A stretch of DNA of 64,000 bases from contig NZ_JBAQXC010000319.1 in the NCBI RefSeq assembly GCF_049299235.1, forward strand, positions 2,358 through 66,357, written 5' to 3'. The notes under the pieces were generated by a model that made no database searches, was not told the DNA's origin, and worked only from the letters and a program-made list of their open reading frames with translations. Source of the stretch: Rhodococcus sp. (in: high G+C Gram-positive bacteria). Lineage in GTDB: Bacteria; Actinomycetota; Actinomycetes; Mycobacteriales; Mycobacteriaceae. This document shows, in pieces, positions 43,042-52,152 of this stretch (position 1 is its first letter; the number at the start of each line of letters is the position of its first letter). A program made the position numbers and the translations under genes.

Positions 43042-43335
43042 ATGATGAGCGACTCCCCCGTGAACATCGTCCACAACGTGGACCTGCAGCGATACGAACT
43101 CCGTTCCGGTGACACCGTGATCGGCTATACCCAGTACCACCCGGACGGCGACGTCCAGCTCGTGTTCGACCACACCGAGGTCGACGGTGCCTACTCGGGC
43201 CGCGGCCTGTCCGGCAAGCTCGTGCACTTCGCACTCGACGACGTACGCGAACGCGGCAAGCGGATCGTTCCCATCTGCCCGTTCGTCCACTCCTACATCG
43301 AGAAGCACCCCGAGTACCAGGACATCACCGACTGA
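43042..43335 (+). CDS. small GNAT-like N-acetyltransferase (YjdJ-type)
   Basis: ATG 43042, 97 aa. ..YSGRGLSGKLVHFALDDVRERGKRIVPICPFV.. is typical of the short GNAT family. Confidence 0.75.
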   Translation: MMSDSPVNIVHNVDLQRYELRSGDTVIGYTQYHPDGDVQLVFDHTEVDGAYSGRGLSGKLVHFALDDVRERGKRIVPICPFVHSYIEKHPEYQDITD

Positions 43336-43362
43336 CCGCCCTGGGTCCCCCGCTCCGGTGGC

Positions 43363-44556
43363 TCAGCGGCGGGCGAGGTCGGCGACCATCCTGTCGACGA
43401 CCCGCACGCTGAGCACCTGATCCAGCGTCATGGACGCGCAGCCGATCATGCCGGATCGGTCACCATGCGCCCACGGCAGGATCCGCAGTGTCCGGGTAGA
43501 TGTAGCAATTGCGTTTCCGTACAACGTTTCCCGAAGTCCGGCGACAAAGACGTCGTACGCTCCCGCCATATCGCCACCGACGACCAGAGCCTCCGGGTCG
43601 AGGAGATTGACAGCCCCCGCGACAACCTCACCGATACGACGGCCACTGTCTCGGATCAGCCTGCGCGCGTCGGCGTCCCCCGAACCGGCGAGTTCGACGA
43701 CGTCGCGGATGTGCGTGACATCGCGGCCCAGAGCCTCGAGTTCACGGACCAGGGCCCAGCCGCCTGCCACCGCCTCGACGCAGCCGATGTTGCCGCACCG
43801 GCAGACAACTCCCTGCGCTGCAGCGATTTTCGTGTGCCCGATCTCGCCGACGGCGCCCACTGCACCCCGCTGCAGTACGCCCCCGGAGACGATTCCGGCG
43901 CGCAGACCGGTGGACGCCTTGATGAGCAGCATGTCCCGGAATCGACGACGGTCACCGAATTGTTCGGCCAGAACCATCGCATTCGCATCATTGTCGACGA
44001 AGACCGGGACGTCGCCGAGTGCCGCGAAGTACGGCGTCAACGGAGCCTCGTCCCATCCGGCCATCGTCGGTGAGTTCACACTGCAGCCACGCTCGACGTC
44101 GACGGTGCCGGGAACGGCGATCCCGATTCCGACGGTCCTCGGGCAATCCGTCCCCAGCGTGTCGCGCAACGCGCCCAGACGTGCGGCGACGTACGGCATC
44201 AGATCGTCCGGGTCGTTGCCGATCGCCCGGTCCAGATCGTCGGTGCACACCAGGCGCCCGGCCAGGTCACAGACGGCAAGCTGGGTGCGACTGCGGCCGA
44301 TCGCGGCGACCAGAACGATCCCCGCATCGGCACCGAACGTCAGGGTCGCCGGTGGCCGCCCGCCCGTGGAGGGGCCTTCCTCGCATTCGACGACCAGCCC
44401 GAGAGCCTGCAAGGACAAGACCCGCGACGCCACCGCGGTGCGCGACAGCCCGGTGAGCTGACCGATCTCGCTGCGAGTGGTCACGGTGCCCGCGCGCACC
44501 AGCGCGAACACATCACCAGCGGTCGCGGGGGTGAGCGATCGGGTCGTCCGGGTCAT
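43363..44556 (-). CDS. ROK family transcriptional regulator / sugar kinase
   Basis: 397 aa. N-terminal wHTH (RSEIGQLTGLSRTAVASRVLSL), ROK fold and the zinc motif CRCGNIGCVEA. Confidence 0.9.
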   Translation of the reverse strand: MTRTTRSLTPATAGDVFALVRAGTVTTRSEIGQLTGLSRTAVASRVLSLQALGLVVECEEGPSTGGRPPATLTFGADAGIVLVAAIGRSRTQLAVCDLAGRLVCTDDLDRAIGNDPDDLMPYVAARLGALRDTLGTDCPRTVGIGIAVPGTVDVERGCSVNSPTMAGWDEAPLTPYFAALGDVPVFVDNDANAMVLAEQFGDRRRFRDMLLIKASTGLRAGIVSGGVLQRGAVGAVGEIGHTKIAAAQGVVCRCGNIGCVEAVAGGWALVRELEALGRDVTHIRDVVELAGSGDADARRLIRDSGRRIGEVVAGAVNLLDPEALVVGGDMAGAYDVFVAGLRETLYGNAIATSTRTLRILPWAHGDRSGMIGCASMTLDQVLSVRVVDRMVADLARR

Positions 44557-44840
44557 GCGTCAACCGTAAGCGCGATCGCTCTCCGGTGGAGAACGGCACC
44601 GAGGGTGCGGTCCGTCCGCAGACAGACCGCTGACCGAAGCTTTCCAGCACAAGAAGGTCCGGCGGGGCGTCGATCGTCACCGACTGTGCGGCATTGCTGG
44701 TGATACGCACCAGACGATCCGGCTCGCTCCCGTCGTCGACCGCGGTGAACGACAGCTCCGACGGACCGCCGCGCTGGATGATGCAGGTTCCCGGTTCCCA
44801 CGCCGGGACGATCCGCCTGCCACCCAGGCGACAGGAAGCG

Positions 44841-45560
44841 TCAGATGCGTGTAGACACTTCGACTGCGATCTCGAGTGGCGTACCGGTCGCGGCGATCAC
44901 GTCGTCGATGGTGGCACCGGGGGCGAGTTCACGCAGCAGGAGCGCGCCGCCGTCCGCGACGTCGATGACGGCCAGATCGGTGATGATGCGGTCGACGACG
45001 CCCTGCCCGGTCAGCGGCAGGGTGCAGGTATCGACGATCTTCGGGTTGCCGTCCCGGTCGGTGTGCTCCATGACCACGATGACCCGGCTCGCCCCGTGCA
45101 CGAGATCCATCGCTCCGCCCATGCCCTTGACCATCTTGCCGGGAACCATCCAGTTGGCGAGGTCGCCGGTGCGGGAAACCTGCATCCCCCCGAGCACCGC
45201 GGTGTCGATGTGGCCGCCGCGAATCATGCCGAAGGAGGTCGCCGAGTCGAAGAATGCCGCACCGGGATTGACGGTGACGGTTTCCTTGCCTGCGTTGATC
45301 AGGTCGGGGTCGATCTTGTCCTCGGTCGGATACGGACCCGTGCCGAGGATGCCGTTCTCCGAGTGCAAAGTGACATGCACGTCCGGCGGCAGATAGCCGG
45401 GGATGAGGGTGGGCAGCCCGATGCCGAGGTTGACGTACTGACCGTCGACCATCTCGGCGGCGGCACGGGCCGCCATCTCGTTGCGGCTCCAGCCCGTCTT
45501 CCCTGGGGCTTTGCCTGCGGTCGCCGCCTTACCCCCGGTCGTCGCCTTGTCTCCGGTCAC
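44841..45560 (-). CDS. scoB: 3-oxoacid CoA-transferase subunit B
   Basis: GTG 45560 overlaps the subunit A stop (GTGA). ..[11 protein letters not shown].., SENG, GGMQVS..GDLANW, MGGAMDL. Confidence 0.85.
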   Translation of the reverse strand: MTGDKATTGGKAATAGKAPGKTGWSRNEMAARAAAEMVDGQYVNLGIGLPTLIPGYLPPDVHVTLHSENGILGTGPYPTEDKIDPDLINAGKETVTVNPGAAFFDSATSFGMIRGGHIDTAVLGGMQVSRTGDLANWMVPGKMVKGMGGAMDLVHGASRVIVVMEHTDRDGNPKIVDTCTLPLTGQGVVDRIITDLAVIDVADGGALLLRELAPGATIDDVIAATGTPLEIAVEVSTRI

Positions 45561-46324
45561 TGTGCCGCTCCTTCCGATGCCGTCACGGTGCGCTTCTCGA
45601 TGCGCTTGCTCTGCGGGCCGGTGTGGACGATCCGCTTGACGAAGATGCCGGGCAGGTGCACCTGCGCGGGGTCGATTTCGCCGGGCTCGACCAGTTCCTC
45701 GACCTGGGCGATCGTGATCTTTCCTGCCATCGCGGCCAGCGGGTTGAAGTTCATCGCGGTCTTGTCGAAGACGAGATTGCCCGCGGTGTCGCCCTTGACG
45801 GCGTGCACAAGCGCGAAGTCGGCGGAGATTCCGAGTTCCATCACGTACCGCTTGTCGCCGAAGACACGAGTTTCCTTCGGCGGCGACGCAACAGCAACCG
45901 AACCATCGGACGCGTAGCGCCACGGCAGGCCGCCGTCCGAGACCGGGGTGCCGACACCGGCGGGAGTGAAGAAGGCCGGGATGCCCGCGCCGCCGGCGCG
46001 CATCCGCTCGGCAAGGGTGCCCTGCGGGGTGAGCTCGACCTCGAGTTCACCTGCGAGGTACTGGCGCGCGAACTCTTTGTTCTCGCCGACATAGGACGCG
46101 ACGACACGGCGGACGCGGTGTTCGTTCAGCAGCAGACCGAGGCCGTGGTCGTCGACGCCGCAGTTGTTGGAATACACCTCCAGTTCGCCGACGCCGGATT
46201 CGACGATCGCGCGAATCAAGACGTCGGGGATGCCGCACAGACCGAAACCGCCGACGGCGAGCGTCGCACCGTCGGACACGTCCGCGACGGCCGCCGCGGC
46301 CGTATCGAATACTTTTGTTGCCAT
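45557..46324 (-). CDS. scoA: 3-oxoacid CoA-transferase subunit A
   Basis: ATG 46324. ..[14 protein letters not shown].., [62 protein letters not shown]. Confidence 0.85.
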   Translation of the reverse strand: MATKVFDTAAAAVADVSDGATLAVGGFGLCGIPDVLIRAIVESGVGELEVYSNNCGVDDHGLGLLLNEHRVRRVVASYVGENKEFARQYLAGELEVELTPQGTLAERMRAGGAGIPAFFTPAGVGTPVSDGGLPWRYASDGSVAVASPPKETRVFGDKRYVMELGISADFALVHAVKGDTAGNLVFDKTAMNFNPLAAMAGKITIAQVEELVEPGEIDPAQVHLPGIFVKRIVHTGPQSKRIEKRTVTASEGAAQ

Positions 46325-46376
46325 TCCAAGACCTCTCTCGGGAACCTCGGCCGTCCTGCCGGCCCGGTCGGATGCG

Positions 46377-46513
46377 TTCACTGAATGGACGAGGACATAT
46401 CCAACCCTATTCACTACAGAGGGAGTGGACATACATTTCAAGGGCAACGGTTCGACCGTGCCGAGATTGCTCGCTCGCCGGAACCGCCATCAGCACCGCG
46501 TTCACTGAGTGAA
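46377..46513. promoter_or_regulatory. divergent scoA / IclR promoter region with repeated TTCACT half-sites
   Basis: TTCACTGAATGGA (46377), TTCACTacagagggAGTGGA (46410) and the perfect palindrome TTCACTGAGTGAA (46501-46513), which lies 15 nt before the IclR GTG. Confidence 0.4.
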
Positions 46514-46527
46514 CGTATGCTGCGCCG

Positions 46528-47301
46528 GTGGACAGTGAACAGAGACCACAGGTGATCAGCCGGGTGAGCGCGCTCCTGCGGGCCGTCGCCGGGTTCGAAC
46601 CGCACGGATCATCGACGACAGAACTGGCTCGTGCAACCGAGTTGGCCCGACCCACTGCACACCGATTGCTCACGTCGCTGGCCGACGAGGGTCTCGTCGA
46701 CCGTGACCCGAAATCGGGACGATGGTCGCTCGGACCGGAGTTGTACCTGCTGGGATCCCTCGCGGCCGAACGCTACGACATCACGGACCTGGCCGGCGAG
46801 ATCCTGCGTGGGCTGGCGAGGGAGACCGGCGAGACCGCGCACCTGTCGGCCCGCCGCGGTGACGGCACGGTGTGTCTGGCGAGCGAGGAAGGCAGTTTCC
46901 CGTTGCGCTCACACGTGCTGCACGTAGGCAGACGGCTGCCGTTGGGCGTCGCCTCCGCGGGTCTGGTGATCCTGTCCCACCTGTCCGACCACGACGTCGA
47001 CGAGTACCTGTCACGGACCGACCTGACCGCCGAGTGGGGGAAGGCACACAACCGTGCCTCCGTCGAGCACCGTATCGCCGAGACGCGACTTGCCGGGTAT
47101 TCGACCAATCCGGCGCTGCTCGTCGAGGGAAGCTGGGGCATGGGCGCGGCCGTGTTCGATCACCGGGACTCACCGGCGTGGGCATTGAGCGTCACCGGGG
47201 TGGAAAACCGGTTCCGAGCAGTTCGCCGCCCGGAGCTCGGCGAACTGCTGCTGCGCGAAGCGCATCGGCTCACGCAACTGTTACGCGGGCATCGACACTG
47301 A
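46528..47301 (+). CDS. IclR family transcriptional regulator
   Basis: 257 aa with a GTG start. wHTH (VISRVSALLRAVAGFEPHGSSTTELARATELARPTAHRLLTSL) plus an IclR effector domain. Confidence 0.9.
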   Translation: MDSEQRPQVISRVSALLRAVAGFEPHGSSTTELARATELARPTAHRLLTSLADEGLVDRDPKSGRWSLGPELYLLGSLAAERYDITDLAGEILRGLARETGETAHLSARRGDGTVCLASEEGSFPLRSHVLHVGRRLPLGVASAGLVILSHLSDHDVDEYLSRTDLTAEWGKAHNRASVEHRIAETRLAGYSTNPALLVEGSWGMGAAVFDHRDSPAWALSVTGVENRFRAVRRPELGELLLREAHRLTQLLRGHRH

Positions 47302-47322
47302 CCGGGCTCCCGAGACCGAGCA

Positions 47323-47352
47323 GTGGCCGCCACCCGGAAGGGCAGCGGCCAC
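47323..47352. terminator. imperfect hairpin between convergent IclR and ahpF
   Basis: GTGGCCGCCACCC-ggaa-GGGCAGCGGCCAC (13-bp stem with two mismatches). Confidence 0.35.
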
Positions 47353-47374
47353 CGTGATGTCGAACCGTTCGCCG

Positions 47375-48970
47375 TCAGACGCTCGCGCCGACCGCCTCGC
47401 CGGACTCGGCCGGAGAACTCGTGCGAATCAGATGGTCGAACGCGCTGAGCGCGGCGGTCGCACCCGCACCGGCCGCGACGACGATCTGCTTGAACGGGAC
47501 GGTCGTGCAATCGCCTGCGGCGAACACCCCGGGCACGGAGGTGCGGCCGTTGGCGTCGACGACGATTTCGCCGCGCGGGCTGAGATCCACAGTGCCGGAC
47601 AGCCAGTCGGTATTGGGCAACAGACCGATCTGCACGAACACACCGTCGAGGTCGACGGCGCGCGACTCGTCCGTGGTGCGGTCGGTGTAGGCCAGACCCG
47701 TGACCTTGGAACCGTCGCCGAGCACCTCGGTGGTCAGCGCGCTGACGACGATGTCGACGTTGGGCAGGCTCCGGAGCTTGCGCTGCAGGACCTCGTCGGC
47801 GCGGAGCACCGAATCGAACTCGATGAGGGTCACGTGCGCGACCACACCGGCCAGGTCGATGGCGGCCTCGACGCCGGAGTTGCCGCCACCGATCACCGCG
47901 ACGCGCTTGCCCTTGAACAGCGGGCCGTCGCAGTGCGGGCAGTACGTGACGCCCTTGTTGCGGTACTCGTTCTCGCCGGGAACGTTCATCGACCGCCAGC
48001 GGGCACCGGTCGCGAGGACGACGCTGCGCGAGAGCAGCCGGGCGCCATTCTCGAGTTCGATCTCGACGAGTCCACCGGCGGTCGCGGCGGGCGTCAGCTT
48101 CGCGGCGTTCTGCACGTTCATGATGTCCACGTCGTACTGGCGCACGTGGTTCTCGAGCTCGGCGGCAAACTTCGGTCCCTCGGTGTAGGGAACCGACGAA
48201 AAATTCTCGATGGCCATCGTGTCGAGCACCTGGCCGCCGAACCGCTCGGACACGACACCGGTACGAATTCCCTTGCGAGACGCGTAGATCGCAGCGGTCG
48301 CTCCGGCCGGGCCACCACCGACGACGAGAACGTCGAAGGGGTCCTTCTCGGAGATCGCCGCGGCGGTGCGCGCGGCGGATCCAGTGTCGAGTTTGCCGAC
48401 GATCTGCTCGAGGTTCATGCGGCCGGAGCCGAATTCCTCACCGTTGAGGAACACGGTGGGCACTGCCATGACCTGGCGGGCGTCCACCTCGTCCTGGAAC
48501 AGGGAGCCTTCGATCGCGGTGTGCTTGATACGCGGATTGAGCACGCACATCAGGTTCAGGGCCTGCACGACGTCGGGGCAGTTCTGGCACGACAGCGAGA
48601 AGTAGGTCTCGAAGTGCAGGTCACCGTCGAGATTGCGCACCTGCTCGAGTAGTTCGGCTGCCTCCTTCGAGGGGTGCCCGCCGACCTGGAGCAGCGCCAG
48701 CACGAGCGAGGTGAATTCGTGCCCGAGCGGGATGCCGGCGAACTGCACCTCGATGTCGGAACCGGCGCGCCGGATCACGAAGGACGGGCGGCGACGGTCG
48801 TCGCCGGTGCGGACGTGGGTGACGAGGTCGGACATGCCGGCGATCTGGTCGAGGAGATCGGCGAGTTCCGTGGACTTCGGACGGTCGTCGAGGGAGGACT
48901 CCAGCTCGATCGGGTGCGTGACCTTCTCGAGGAGGGAGGCGAGTTGGGCGGCGAGTGAGGCATCGAGCAT
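47375..48970 (-). CDS. ahpF: alkyl hydroperoxide reductase subunit F
   Basis: ATG 48970. [10 protein letters not shown].., N-terminal CQNCP, central CPHCDG redox centre, FAD/NAD folds ([25 protein letters not shown]). Confidence 0.95.
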   Translation of the reverse strand: MLDASLAAQLASLLEKVTHPIELESSLDDRPKSTELADLLDQIAGMSDLVTHVRTGDDRRRPSFVIRRAGSDIEVQFAGIPLGHEFTSLVLALLQVGGHPSKEAAELLEQVRNLDGDLHFETYFSLSCQNCPDVVQALNLMCVLNPRIKHTAIEGSLFQDEVDARQVMAVPTVFLNGEEFGSGRMNLEQIVGKLDTGSAARTAAAISEKDPFDVLVVGGGPAGATAAIYASRKGIRTGVVSERFGGQVLDTMAIENFSSVPYTEGPKFAAELENHVRQYDVDIMNVQNAAKLTPAATAGGLVEIELENGARLLSRSVVLATGARWRSMNVPGENEYRNKGVTYCPHCDGPLFKGKRVAVIGGGNSGVEAAIDLAGVVAHVTLIEFDSVLRADEVLQRKLRSLPNVDIVVSALTTEVLGDGSKVTGLAYTDRTTDESRAVDLDGVFVQIGLLPNTDWLSGTVDLSPRGEIVVDANGRTSVPGVFAAGDCTTVPFKQIVVAAGAGATAALSAFDHLIRTSSPAESGEAVGASV

Positions 48971-49112
48971 GAGGATCAACTCCAGTGGTGGGAGAACTGT
49001 GGCCGGGTAGGACGGGGAGTCGGCGAACTTCTCAGCTCGAGCCGTGAGGGATCCGGACGGTGTCCGATGGCGCGGCGAATCCCGCGCCACCGGAACGGAT
49101 TCCGTCGACGAA

Positions 49113-49676
49113 TCAGATTTTGCCGACGAGCTCCAGCGACGGCGCGAGGGTGTCGTCGCCCTCTTCCCACTTCGCCGGGCAGACCTCGCCCGGGTGATTG
49201 CGGACGTACTGGGCGGCCTTGACCTTGCGGACGAGCTCGGCGGCGTTGCGGCCGATGCCCTCGGCGGTGACCTCGGTGAACTGGATGACGCCGTCCGGGT
49301 CGACCAGGAAGGTGCCGCGGTCGGCGAGGCCCTGGTTCTCGCGGAGGACCTCGAAGTCGGTGCTGATCTGCAGGGTGGGGTCGCCGATCATCGCGTACTT
49401 GATCTTGCCGATGGTGTCGGACGAGCTGTGCCACGCCTTGTGCGTGAAGTGCGTGTCGGTCGAGACGGAGAACACCTCGACACCCAGACCCTGCAGTTCT
49501 TCGTAGTGATCCGCGAGGTCGCCGAGCTCGGTCGGGCACACGAACGTGAAGTCGGCGGGGTAGAAGAAGAAGATCGCCCACTTACCCTTGATGTCCTCGT
49601 CGGACACGGTGACGAAGGCACCGTCCTTGAAGGATTCAGCGGTGAAGGGCTTGATCTGCTTGTTGATCAGCGACAT
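49113..49676 (-). CDS. ahpC: alkyl hydroperoxide reductase subunit C (2-Cys peroxiredoxin)
   Basis: ATG 49676. [11 protein letters not shown].., [15 protein letters not shown], resolving Cys in GEVCPAKW. Confidence 0.95.
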   Translation of the reverse strand: MSLINKQIKPFTAESFKDGAFVTVSDEDIKGKWAIFFFYPADFTFVCPTELGDLADHYEELQGLGVEVFSVSTDTHFTHKAWHSSSDTIGKIKYAMIGDPTLQISTDFEVLRENQGLADRGTFLVDPDGVIQFTEVTAEGIGRNAAELVRKVKAAQYVRNHPGEVCPAKWEEGDDTLAPSLELVGKI

Positions 49677-49756
49677 GTAGCGCCTCATTCGTTCTCGATG
49701 GGTTTGACAGTTATCGACGTTAACGCTCCTCGATTGATTGTGCCAATCGATTGTTC

Positions 49757-49793
49757 CTAGATATTAAATACAGAAAACCTATTAAACTGATGT
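49757..49793. promoter_or_regulatory. AT-rich 11-bp-periodic element upstream of ahpC (OxyR/LysR-type site candidate)
   Basis: CTAG-N7-ATAC-N7-CTAT-N7-ATGT has the spacing of the enterobacterial OxyR motif ATAG-N7-CTAT-N7-ATAG-N7-CTAT, but only partial identity. The adjacent 10-bp palindrome CAATCGATTG lies at 49744-49753. Confidence 0.3.
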
Positions 49794-49916
49794 TTGCGCA
49801 GGTAGAGCTCTTGCCCGACACTTCCGATGTGACGGACTACACAGCCGTGTGTCCTTGTGGCCCCTCCCGGAGCCCAAAAGGCACACGGGCGGCGGAGCCG
49901 CACCTAGGCTCGCGGC

Positions 49917-50939
49917 ATGCACGCACCGGCAGCGGCCGTCGGTTCCCCGGACGACCTGATCCGAAAACTCGACAGCACCGGCTATCTCGCCGACGACGGA
50001 CTCGCGACTTCGGCATACCTCGCGCTACGCATGGGCCGGCCCCTGTTCTGCGAGGGTGAGCCCGGCACCGGCAAGACATCCCTCGCCATCGCGCTCGCCG
50101 AAGCCCTCGGACTACCGCTGATCCGACTGCAATGCCACGAAGGCATCGACGCGGCGCAAGCCCTCTACGATTGGGACTTCCCACGCCAACTCCTGCACCT
50201 GCGCACCCTCGAGGCAGCCTCGGCCGGTGTCCTCGACGCGGACGCCGCCGAACGCTCGCTCTACACCGAACGGTTCCTGCTCACCCGGCCGCTGCTGCGC
50301 GCGCTCACCGACTCCCCGTGCGTGCTGCTCGTCGACGAGATAGACCGCGCCGACGACGAATTCGAGGCATTCCTCCTGCAACTCCTCGACGAGAACGCCG
50401 TCACCATCCCCGAACTCGGCGAAATCCGCGCGACCGTCCCCCCGCTTGTAGTGCTCACATCCAACCGCACCAGGGAAGTCCACGACGCCCTCAAACGCCG
50501 CTGCCTGTACCTGTGGGTCGATCACCCGGACCTCGAACGTGAGATCGCGATTCTGCGTCGGCGCATTCCCGGAATCGACGAAACCCTGGCCCGACAGGTC
50601 GCCCGTGCCGTGCATACCCTGCGCAGACAGGAACTGCTCAAACCACCGGGGGTCGCCGAAACCCTCGACTGGGCACGGGCACTGATCGAACTCGACCGCA
50701 CCGTGCTGGAACCTTCTACCGCAACCAAATTCGGTCAGGTCACCACTCCCGACGCGACTGCGTCCGCGCCCACAGCTGCCGAACCTGTGGTGGCGGCCGC
50801 ACCGGAGGCGGAACCACTCGATCTCATGGCGTACGCGCGGGGCTCTGCTATCCAACGCGTCGCCCCGGTCGTCGGCGCGGCAGCGGTACTGATCCTGGCG
50901 TTCGTGCTGCTGCGACGTCTGCTCGGTTCGCGCCACTGA
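49917..50939 (+). CDS. MoxR-family AAA+ ATPase with hydrophobic C-terminal tail
   Basis: Walker A GEPGTGKT, Walker B VLLVDEIDRAD, sensor/lid ..LKRRCLYLWVDHP... The last ~25 aa (VAPVVGAAAVLILAFVLLRRLL) form a TM-like helix. Confidence 0.85.
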   Translation: MHAPAAAVGSPDDLIRKLDSTGYLADDGLATSAYLALRMGRPLFCEGEPGTGKTSLAIALAEALGLPLIRLQCHEGIDAAQALYDWDFPRQLLHLRTLEAASAGVLDADAAERSLYTERFLLTRPLLRALTDSPCVLLVDEIDRADDEFEAFLLQLLDENAVTIPELGEIRATVPPLVVLTSNRTREVHDALKRRCLYLWVDHPDLEREIAILRRRIPGIDETLARQVARAVHTLRRQELLKPPGVAETLDWARALIELDRTVLEPSTATKFGQVTTPDATASAPTAAEPVVAAAPEAEPLDLMAYARGSAIQRVAPVVGAAAVLILAFVLLRRLLGSRH

Positions 50940-50980
50940 CATCTCACCGGATCGGCGCGCACCGCTCACGATCCGGACGG

Positions 50981-51937
50981 TCAGCCGACCCGAGCGACGA
51001 GGTCGGACATCTCGTTGATCTGCTCGCGCAGCCAGGCGTGCGAGGGATCGGACTCGTACACCTCGTGCCACACCGCGTAGTGCTGCACGGTCGCCAGCGG
51101 AAACGTCGGTTCGAGGATACGGATGTCGGCGCCGCCGGCAAGTCGTGACGCCATCCGCTCCGGAATCAAGGTGACCAGGTGGGTTTCCTCCAGGGCGTAG
51201 GGCATCACCGCAATGTTCGCGGTGGTCGCTCCGACCCGGGCGTACACACCCGCGCGCACCAGGGATCGGTCGAGGTAGCTGACACCATCGTGCGGTGCGT
51301 ACGACAGCATCGGGTAGCGAACCAGAACATCCGGGGTGAGTGTCGTTCCCTGATAGGGGTGTCCGGTCCAGACTGCGCCGACGAATCTGTCGGTGAGCAC
51401 GAGCGTCCGGCCGCACTGATCGAACTGTGGCCCTTCCATCAGATGGTCGGGCAGGACCGCCAGGTCCGCGTCGTGGCGGTGGAACGCGGCGAGATTACGC
51501 CCGGTGAGAGGGCGCAGATCGAACTGCACCGATGTTGCCCGATAGCGGTCCGATCTCATCAGCACCCGCAGCAACTCGATCTCGGCGTAGTCGCTCGTCA
51601 ACACAGTGAACACCCGCGCGTCGCGGACCGGATCGAAGTCCGGTGACCTGAGAATCGACCGTTCGACGGTCGCCAGCACATTGCGCAGCGGCTCGATCAT
51701 CGCCAACGCGCGGGGGGTCGGGCGGAGCGAGCGACCGTCTTTGACGAGGATCGGGTCGTCGAGTTGTCGCCGAAGTCGCGCGAGCGCAGTACTCGTCGCC
51801 GGTTGCGACATGTGCAGGCGCTGCGCGGCGCGGGTGACGTTGCATTCGACGAGCAGCGCGTCGAGGACGACGAGAAGGTTGAGGTCGACTCGCCGCAAGT
51901 CCACTCTGCCCCCCATGCGTCCGCTGTGAAATTCCAT
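50981..51937 (-). CDS. LysR family transcriptional regulator
   Basis: 318 aa. HTH DLNLLVVLDALLVECNVTRAAQRLHMSQPATSTALARLRRQL plus a substrate-binding domain. ATG 51916 is an alternative start. Confidence 0.9.
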   Translation of the reverse strand: MEFHSGRMGGRVDLRRVDLNLLVVLDALLVECNVTRAAQRLHMSQPATSTALARLRRQLDDPILVKDGRSLRPTPRALAMIEPLRNVLATVERSILRSPDFDPVRDARVFTVLTSDYAEIELLRVLMRSDRYRATSVQFDLRPLTGRNLAAFHRHDADLAVLPDHLMEGPQFDQCGRTLVLTDRFVGAVWTGHPYQGTTLTPDVLVRYPMLSYAPHDGVSYLDRSLVRAGVYARVGATTANIAVMPYALEETHLVTLIPERMASRLAGGADIRILEPTFPLATVQHYAVWHEVYESDPSHAWLREQINEMSDLVARVG

Positions 51938-51959
51938 CGAACCCTACCCTGTGTCTAGT

Positions 51960-52004
51960 CGGATTCGACACATATGTCCAGGGAATATGTGGTATTCGAA
52001 TCCG
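51960..52004. promoter_or_regulatory. nested palindrome in the LysR / sensor-kinase divergent region
   Basis: CGGATTCGA-c-ACATAT-gtccaggga-ATATGT-ggtat-TCGAATCCG. The outer arms are 9 bp and the inner arms 6 bp, both perfect. Confidence 0.45.
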
Positions 52005-52152
52005 CCTGCCGTCTTGTGTGCAGCGTGCGCCGTTCCTACTCTGTCCTCCTGTACCTATCTCCCAAATCTGTTTCGACATCGATATTTGCGTGTATCCAGC
52101 CAATTTCGGTCAGCGCGACGGTGCCCGAATCTCGAAAGGAGCCGGCACTGTC

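Noticed and set aside
44557-44840. Protein-like minus-strand reading (..RIVPAWEPGTCIIQRGGPSELSFTAVDDGSEPDRLVRITSNAAQSVTIDAPPDLLVLESFGQRSV..) between scoB and the ROK gene
   Set aside because: It resembles the C-terminal domain of mycothiol-dependent maleylpyruvate-isomerase/DinB-type proteins. However, there is no start codon upstream of GTG 44710 and no N-terminal domain. It is probably another gene remnant, and I cannot support it as a feature without a blastx check.
49751-50059. 102-aa ORF divergent from ahpC, considered as a possible oxyR remnant
   Set aside because: The translation has no LysR HTH or any recognisable motif. It overlaps the MoxR start region and its composition is not protein-like.
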